A stretch of DNA of 64,000 nt from Monocercomonoides exilis PA203 (lineage: Eukaryota; Protista; Preaxostyla). Below the pieces are notes generated by a model, which searched no databases, was not told the origin of the DNA, and worked only from the letters and a program-made list of their open reading frames with translations. How positions within the stretch are numbered: the first letter of the stretch is position 1; each line of letters begins with the position of its first letter. Shown here one piece after another: positions 33,601 through 42,600 of this stretch. The position numbers were made by a program, and so were the translations under genes. The stretch lies in contig LSRY02000003.1 in assembly GCA_001643675.2 (NCBI GenBank), positions 2,046,001-2,110,000 of the forward strand, in the 5' to 3' direction.

Positions 33601-36600
33601 GAAGAGAGTACTGATACATCGGATCCAGCTGCGCAAGATCCACAATGGCGAAATAGAGCACAGAGCCGCGGATTGCCATTGGGCGATACTCATTTCTTGC
33701 TGCCATCAGCTGCTGTTCTGTCACTTCAGCATCCTTCACACGCTCCATAATTTCTGTTGATGTCTTCTTTGACTGTTCAAGCGTCTCAATCAGAGAGAGA
33801 TCGTCCAGAAGCGTCTGCACTGTGGTTCCTTTCAGCAGCGCCAGGATTTTCGCTTCGGTCTGAACAAGCAGCTTCGCATCGGCTGCCATGTCGCGCACAA
33901 GTTTGTCTTTCGCTTCTTCCAGCTCAGCTTTCTCGTTCCTGACAACATCTGCAAGCAACTGGTCTTCTAAACCTTGTGATGTGACTGTGAAGTTGATGAT
34001 GCTGACTTTTATTGAGACATCAGGAAGATAATGAGGATTGGCCAGTTTTGTGGTGATGTACAGATAAAACTGTGGATTGTAATCAACATCCTGATTGGCC
34101 AGGCGAATGATTGTTCTTCCGCCTTGTTTCACCGTCTGTTGAAGCAAAAGAGGAGACAGCTGAGGATCAAGTGTCTCTCCCACATCTTCCAGCAGGATAG
34201 GCTGTCCAACTCTGATGGCATTTGTCAATGTTCTCAGGAAGTTTGGCTCACCAGGCCGCATCACACGTATCTTCCTCTCTTTCTCTTTCTCTCTGATCCA
34301 TCTGTTCGCCTGCCCTTGTGGGTCAATCATCAAAGGCCACCGGCGTGTCTGTGAGACCATCACAGCATTCTCCACTGAAAGTGGATCAGATGGCAGGCTC
34401 TGAATCTCCCAATCTCTAATTTGCACTGGAGAAGATAGCACTTTCTCTAGTTGGAAGTCTGCATTCACAGGAATTCCAAGCTCATTGCAGTCTTCGATCC
34501 ACCCTTCGATCAAGTCGTGTCTGTATGATGCTGTGAATGGACCGATATATGCTAAGCAAGCAGCTGATAGCAATGAATCGCCCAAAACAAGCTTTTTCTC
34601 TGCTCTTGCCTGTTCCAATGAAGCAGCCCATCTTTCTCCTTCATCCCCAAGTGCAGACACCAATTGTGTTGCATTCTGGAATCTTCTTTCCGTCTGTGCA
34701 ATCATATTTTCTGTCTCCGCGCTTTCTGCTTTCTTTGTATCGAACTGGTTCTTCAGCGCTGCCAGTGCCGCCTCCACATCCGCCAGCTGCTTCTGTTTCA
34801 CTGCTAACTTCGCTGTCAGATCAGCCAGTTTGTCCTGTGCCTCCTTCGCTGCCTGCTTCTTTGGCTCGATTATCTTACTGACACGCGCAAACTCCACAAT
34901 GGCCACAATCCACTGGCAGATGTTTGCAGCAGCCTTTGAAACAGACTCCACTTTGTCTGGCTTGAACTCGGGGTCTTCGATGAATGGGCGCATCTTCTTG
35001 TCCATTGCGCCATCGATCTCGTTGATGTCGTAGTTCACCAGCATCTGGATGAAGTTCGCCTGACTCAGCAGCTGCCGAGAATTGTCCCAGTCGGGTTTCT
35101 TGTTGAACAGGATGCACACAGCAGTCATCACTCTCTTCACAGCCTCAGGTGGATTCGCAAACGTCTTCACTTCTGTCACAGCTGCCTTTGAGAGTGACTC
35201 CAGCGCCTTGTTTGCTTCTAAATAAACTGGCATGATTTTGTCGAGCTCAACTTGCGCGTCGTCGGCAAGCGCTTTAGCTTTGTCTGCTTCCACACGCACA
35301 ACTGCCTCTTCTGCTGTGACAGTCGCACGGATCTCTGCGGTTTGCGTCTGGTCCTTTAGAATCTTCTCCATCAGCTGCTGAATTTGTTCATGTTGCTCGT
35401 GCAAGATGGGTTCCATCTTCTTCAGCTCTTCTTGCATGTCAGCAACAGATTTCTTTGTTTCAGTCAATGTGTTGCAGCCATTTTCGTATTTTGCAATTCT
35501 TTCATCCAATGCATCGTTTCTCTCTTTCAAGAAACGGAACATGAGAGTTATCAGCTCAAGGAACAGAGTTGGAGTGATGTATGTCTTTCTCTTCATCTCC
35601 TGGAAGAACAAGTCAGATGCCTCTTCAACAGATGAATGCACTCTCACACACATCTCAGCCACTTGATCAGCAATCGAGTCTCCGCCAAGTTGAGGTGAAT
35701 CTTCAATAAACCGAAGCGCCACTGACTTCAGTGCAGTGCCTGGCCAGTTGGCGACCCAGTCGATTGTGCAGCAGTTGACAAGTGAAGGGAACATTCTGCA
35801 GCGTCTTCTAAAGGAGTCACCAACAGGAGACATGCATAGCACAATGTGCAGATTGTCTCTCACTCTCTGCACAAGATATTGCATTGCTGCATCTGGAGCT
35901 TCGGGTACACTTTCTCCTTCTTTCGCGCATTGACGCATCTTTGAGATGGCTGCCTCTCTTTGTTGTGCATCATACAAGTTGGGTACTTCTCCGCTCGAGA
36001 GGATTCCATTTATATCTTCCAAGAACGATTCTTGTACAATCTGTGCATCGCTCAGCAGAAACACAACAGGTTTTCCTTCAACTCCGGCAATATCATACAG
36101 CTTCCTCAGATCCTCTCGAAATTCTGGCGTTCCATAGTTCTTTGCAAGTGTGATCTCAAAGCAATCATATCCTTCAATAAACGCACCAAGACGAGTAAGT
36201 GACTGTTTTCCACAGCCACCAACACCCACAAGAAGAGCATTTCCGCGAGGCTGTCTGATAATACGAGTGATCCTGGCAATGTGCTCCACTGCCTCCATAA
36301 AGAAGACAAGATCCATTTCCTTCGTCTTTCGTGTGATGCACTCCAAGTTGAAATCTGCCAGGGCGTGTCCCAACTGTGTCTGTAGCTTGCCCAAGTCGGT
36401 GATCTCTTCATACGGACGATCATCAGAATTCATCTTGCCCAGATCTGACCACAGCGCAAGTGGTGGCTGTTTCTCTGTAAATCCGCCTGCTGGTGATTTA
36501 GACTTTGCGGGTGAAGGTGTTTGAGGAGGAGCAGCAGAAGAGGCTGAAGCTGAGGCTGATGATGAAAGAGTTCGTAATGCCATTGGATCAATGCGCTTTC

Positions 36601-39600
36601 CAAACACTTCATCGACTTTCCAGTTGATTCTGAGATATTGTTTCGCCAATTCGCAAATTCTGGTTGTGAAGAGTAATCTGTCATCATCATTAGTCAGACG
36701 ATCTGCAAACACCCTGAGTGATTCGTGTGCCCAAAGACGAGCAAATGACTCTTCGTCTTTCAAACCATCTGGCTGCACTTGTATGATTCCCTGAAATACT
36801 TTGCTCAAATCACGCAAGTTGAACACATAATGCGATTTAGAAGGCGTTGGACGCAGTTCAGAGAGAGCAAAGTTGTACAAATCGATCGATGCTCTTACAA
36901 TGGAAGGTGCTGTTTCCTTGATGCCTGGCTGGAAGGGCAGTCCAGTGATATACCCCATCAAGATGCTGTTGAAGATGACATTCAAAAACTTCTCTGAAGG
37001 CTGCGGGATGCACAGCTGAGTAAACAGCGCTGTCAGTCTCTCGCTTACTTTGTTCCTTCCTCCACCTGGTGGCCCACACGCAGCTGTCGTTGCCACTCCC
37101 TTGATGGCACGGAACTGCAAAGCGGTTCTGTCGTACCATCCGCCCGTGCTGATCATCTGCCTCAGCAGCTCCAGCGGAGGCTGCGATCCGAATGTGTCTG
37201 GGGCAGGCATGTTGAAGTCATCAATGAACAGAACAACGGTCGTTCCTGGTGCAGCGGCAAAGTGGTCTCTTCTGTTCATCAGCTTGTTTTCAATCATCGC
37301 TTGAGTTCGGTTGCTGTTGGTCTGCGCACTGAAGTTGATAATAACTGGCTGCCTCGACTTCTTTTCCCTTGTTCTTTCAAACAAGTCGTATGCAATCACT
37401 GATTTCCCTACACCTGTGTCTCCCACAAGAAGAGTTGGCGTGGATGTGTCTATCAAAACATCCATCAGATATGAAAATCGAATTGTGTTGATTGTTGGAA
37501 CGAGAATGTTGAAATAAGGAATTCCTGGCTTGTATGTGTATTCAGGCACCTCCCATGTGGTCAGCTTCCTCGTTTCTGGATCAGGCACCACATCAAACAC
37601 TGACTCAACACCGGGCAAATATACTGACTCAATTCCTCTTCTGACTGCTGCATCGAACTTCTCGTGCTCGCTTTCGTGCAAAGAGCCTCCTAACCCCCAA
37701 ACAACACCGAAGAAGAACAGAGTTCTCAGGCAGCCTTCAAACTCAGCCAGATCGTGAATGGCTTTTGGCCCGTTGCTTCCTTCCGCTGCAATGGCAGAGA
37801 GCATCGCAGACATTTTTGCGCGTTCGTTGTCGACTTCTCCTTCTTCGTCTTCTTCGTCCTGTGATTTTTGTACATCAAAGACTGGAATGAAGCCGAATGC
37901 TGGGACGAAGTGGCTCTTCATGATGTTGATAACGTTCTGCACTTTGTTCAATCGCGGCTGATGGATGCTCTCTTTCATCTCTTCCGTCGCAGCCAACAGA
38001 GGGTCAAGGAACGAGTCAAATAGATTGTACAACGCACGGCGTCTGGCATCGTCCCAAATGGTTGGAGGGAGCGAATTGATCCAGCTCATCACAGCAGCTC
38101 GCCAGGGCAGGTTGATAGGATCGATGTACACCATACCGCAACGAGAGACAGTGGCAGGCGACGCCACATCCAAATTCTCAACCTCAAACAGCAAAGAAAC
38201 AGTTGGTGTCAGCTTGATACGCTTTCTGTTTGGTAAGCAAAGTGTTTTAGAGTCATCCAGCACTGTGTTCAGTGATTCAACCCAGAGTGTATCGACTGGC
38301 CCATCAAACAGAATCCACTTCTTTGTGGGAGAATCGTCCATCACAACAGAAGTCACAAAGTATGATAACAATCCTTCTTTCCATTCCTGTGTGAGCTCGC
38401 TGAAGCAACCGAACATTTCGTCAATGGAAATCGCCTTCGGATTCATTTGTTTTTGAATGATTGTCTGGAAGCGCTGGTCAGCAGAACCGATTTCCTCTCT
38501 CAGACGTGTCATCGACTCAGCCAGGATATCTCTGCAGACTGTTTTTCCTCCTCTTGTTGGTCCCACTAGCATCACACCGTGTCTCACTCCAAGTGTGTCA
38601 AAGAGCTCAATCGTCTTGTGCAGCTGGTCAGGAAGCAGCTGAAGATGCCTCTCTTCGCAGACAGTGCGCAACATCATCATCAGCTCACCGTAGTCGTTCG
38701 GAGGAACAACCACGTCTGGGAACAGATCGCTAACAATAGCCTGGAACAATGGCACATCTTCAGCAAGGAATTTGGGCAAGTTGCTTTCTTTCATTGCACG
38801 AATGAGGATAATGTCTTCGGTGAGATGTGGATTGTCTCTTCGAAGCTGGCCAGCCATCACCAGCACAGATTTCACTGCTCTCATACCGAAATCGTAATGT
38901 TTCTGTTGTGAAAGCTGTTCGGATGAAAGTTTGTACAATTGAGTCATCTTCTGTGAAAGAGATTTGGCTGTCTTGAATCCCTCTGAGAACAGCATAATCT
39001 CCGCAATCAGCGCATAATCTGGAATCATCATAGAAACTGGCCTGAAAAGAGACTTCAAGTTATCTGGCAGTTCTGTTCTGCCTGCGTATCCAGGGTTCAT
39101 TGTGATGAACACAGCACAGTTCGGGTTAAGAGGAATCATCGTGCCTTGGAAGCTGAACGGAGACTGATTTGCCTGCAGTGCATTCTGAATCTCTCTGATC
39201 TGCTGAGCAACCACAGACAGCACTTCAATATCGATACGGTTGAACTCATCAAAGCAGAACCAGGCACCTGCTTGGCACATTCCAGAGAACATCTGCTCCA
39301 TCGTGTCCACATTCAAACCGTCAGAGCAGTTGAATACGATACACTGCCGCGCCACTGCTTTTGAGAGATCTTTGCATGTTTCTGTCTTTCCTGTACCAGC
39401 AGGGCCAGCTGGAGCACCACCCAATTTGAGATGGAGCGCAGATGTCAGAGTGATGTAGCATTGATCAGTCAGTGGTGTAATCACAAGACGAGGTGTACAG
39501 CCGAGATATTCAAACCCGTAGTTGAATGTGGAGTTGGTCTGCCTCACATAGCAGTTTCCTTCCAGAATGGCCACTTGATATTCCCCTGTGTCTTTGCCTC

Positions 39601-42600
39601 CAGACGCGTCCTTCTTTGTCTTGCCTTTCTTCGTTCCTCCGCTGATTCCTGCTGCCTGCTGCACGAACTGCGAAACAGCAGCATTGAGTGATTTTGAAGG
39701 CTTAACAGCTTCCCAGTAATATCTCAGCCTCTTTTGCCAGTCGAAGTCTGACGTTGAAGACACGCCATCACGCACCATTTCCTCCACAATGTCTCTTGCA
39801 TGCACATCTACCACAATCAATGCCCCTACGCTCACTCTCTGCAGAGTCGTCAGCTTGCCTCTCACCACCTCCGTCAGCGCCTCCAGCTGCTGCTCGCACC
39901 GCTGCTGCAGCTTCTTCAGTTCTTCAATTGGCTTTTCTGCATTCAGCGCCTGCTCAACCTGTGCTGTCCAGACAACCTGTGACACAGCCAGCACCAGCTG
40001 CGCTTTTGTCTGAAGAATCCACTGTGATCGAGGCATCATGCCATGTTCGCGCAATGCTTGTCCCATGAGTGAATGAAGCGTCTTTGTCATCGACGTCTCA
40101 ACAGCTTTCATCCACACTTCAACTGGCTTCGAACGAGGATTCACTTTCTCGTCTCCAAACGATACGACTTCGCCTTCGGAGGATATCATTGCGATGATCT
40201 CCATCTTCCTTACATCCTCAGGTGATGAGAAATCTAATGTTTTGATGTTGTCGAACAGCTTGTTCATGAAAGGCATTACGTTGATTGGGTTCTTTCCTTC
40301 CTTCAGAATTTCCAGCAAATCGTCGTTTGGCAGGAAGAAGAACCTTCCAAACGCGTTTCTCTTTGTGTTCAGCAGTCCATTCAGCGCGACTTGTATTTCG
40401 TCCATCGTTGCGTTGTGCTGTCTGAATATCGAAGCTAAGCCAGGCTGCTGGGTCACTCTCAGTGCAGATGGGTACTCATTCACACCAGACATGAAGTCGT
40501 GCCAGAACTTGTTGCATTCGTGGAATTGTTTGGAGTAGTCCTTAAGAAGCTCATCTCCTTCAAACACAACTTCCAACGACAGCCATTTTTGCTGGAATCC
40601 CAGCCACAAATCGAGCAGCTCGGCAAACAGAGCCAGTTTGTTCACCCAAAAGTCCACTTGTTCTTTGATGTGGCCAACGTGGCGTGATCCCTTGATGGTT
40701 GCCAGCTGCACCTGAGAATCATCTAATTCTCTCATCAAATCGTCCACTTCCACCAAAAGGAACGAATCCTGGTGGAATGGCTTGGCATGCAACTCCAGTT
40801 TGTTCCACTTGTCAATCACTCCGTGCAGAAGCTCTGTCAAAACAGCTTCGCTCGAAGCTTCATCGCTAATTTGTGCTAATTCACTTCTTTTCTCAATCGC
40901 TCCAATGGAAAGCAGATATTGCAGTGTAAACTCATTCTCATTCGCATCGGTTGAAATACCAAGAGCTTCTTTGATCTTCACCCAGTGGTGTGGCTTCAGA
41001 TCTTTGTTTCTCAATGCCAGGATGACTGGAAACGCCTGTGTCATCTCGACAATCATCGCCTTCGCCTTCGGAACAACATTGTTTGGAGGCAGCTCTCTCT
41101 CCAGTCTGTTGTTGATCTTCTGATATTTCGCAGTGGTGATGTTGATCTCGTCTGGGTTGAGTGTGCTGAAAGGAGCTTCTCTCCATCCGCGCATCAGCTG
41201 CTGCCACTCTCCAATCGACGTCCACAGAAGCACACGCAGTTCAGACTCTGTCTTCGCTAAATTCAGATCTTCGTATTTATCCTCTTTCACATTGAACAGC
41301 GCTTGGTACTCAGCGTTCTTCTGAACCGTCTGCTCAATCTTCTCCACTTTCTTCTGCAGCACAATCACCTGCTTCCTCATCTGATCGAAGTATCCTTCAT
41401 CGACCTCTTCTCCTGTTGTTGGCACTTGCACAAGCGATGGGTCGTTTATTTGTGTTCTCAATGAAGAAATCTCTTTGTGTGTCTCTTCCAATCTCTTCGT
41501 CAGCTTGTTCGCAAAATGAGTCAATTGCTCTTCTTTAGCTGTCTCCGTCTGCAAAATAAGCACTCTCAATTGTGTATGCCCTTTCTCAAACAGCTGCAGG
41601 TTTGCCTGGTCGGTGCTGTTGATCTCAATCCCGTGTGTCCGCATCTGCCCATACAGCGCCATCACGTTGTCAAACCGGAACTGCACCTGCTCTTGCCCGT
41701 TCTGAGCGACGGCTAAATGCGACAGCACATCCGCATACTCTTCCACCGACTCTGCCCGCGACGAGAAAATCAGCTGCGTCTTGCGCATCTCGTTGTACAG
41801 GTGTGTTCGCAAGTCACCTGCAAGTGTTGGCAGCAGATCTTGAACCATCTGGATGCATTCTTTAATTGGCGGGAGAAGCGTCTCTTTGAATGGCAGTGTG
41901 CTCATTTCCAAAGGACCAACACGGAACGACTCGCCAATCGCTGCTACGTCACTCAGCTGTGCCTGATAGCGGTCGAGTTGGTCGGCAAACCACAAGGGGG
42001 AAGGAATGAACTGAACACTTTCAGAGGCAAAGGGAGGCAGAGAGCGGAAAGAGCCGTAGCTGCCTGAGACGGAAGAGGAAGAAGATGAGCCAGAGGATGA
42101 AGATGAAGTGGCTGTTGGGATAGAAAGAAGCAAGTCTTCTCTCACTTTCATCCATTGGTGTTCTCTTTCTCTCTCTATCTGCTCCAGTTGCTCTGCCGTC
42201 AGCTTCTCCTCCTCCTCTTCTCCTTCTCCTTCTCCTTCTCCTCCTTCTTCCTGCCTTCCATTCTCTTCTCCTCCATTCACGCTCTTCCTTCCTTTATTCT
42301 GAGATCCATTCTTATTGTTATTATTATTATTATTTTCATTTCCTCCTTCTTCTCCTTCTGAACTATCATCTCCATATCTCCTGCTGTTAATCTTGCAGTA
42401 TTCAGTAAGCACCATCATTTCTCTCTGTGTGATATTTCCTCTCAGCGCATCAATGAACGGCACAAACAGCTTCGCATACCTCACCGACCGCGAATATGCT
42501 CTCGAAATGGCTTGTCTGATTTCCAAACGAAGTGTTGCAAAGAGCCTGTCGTCTTGGCATCTTCCGTCCATCAGCTGTGCTATTGACTCCACTCCACTGC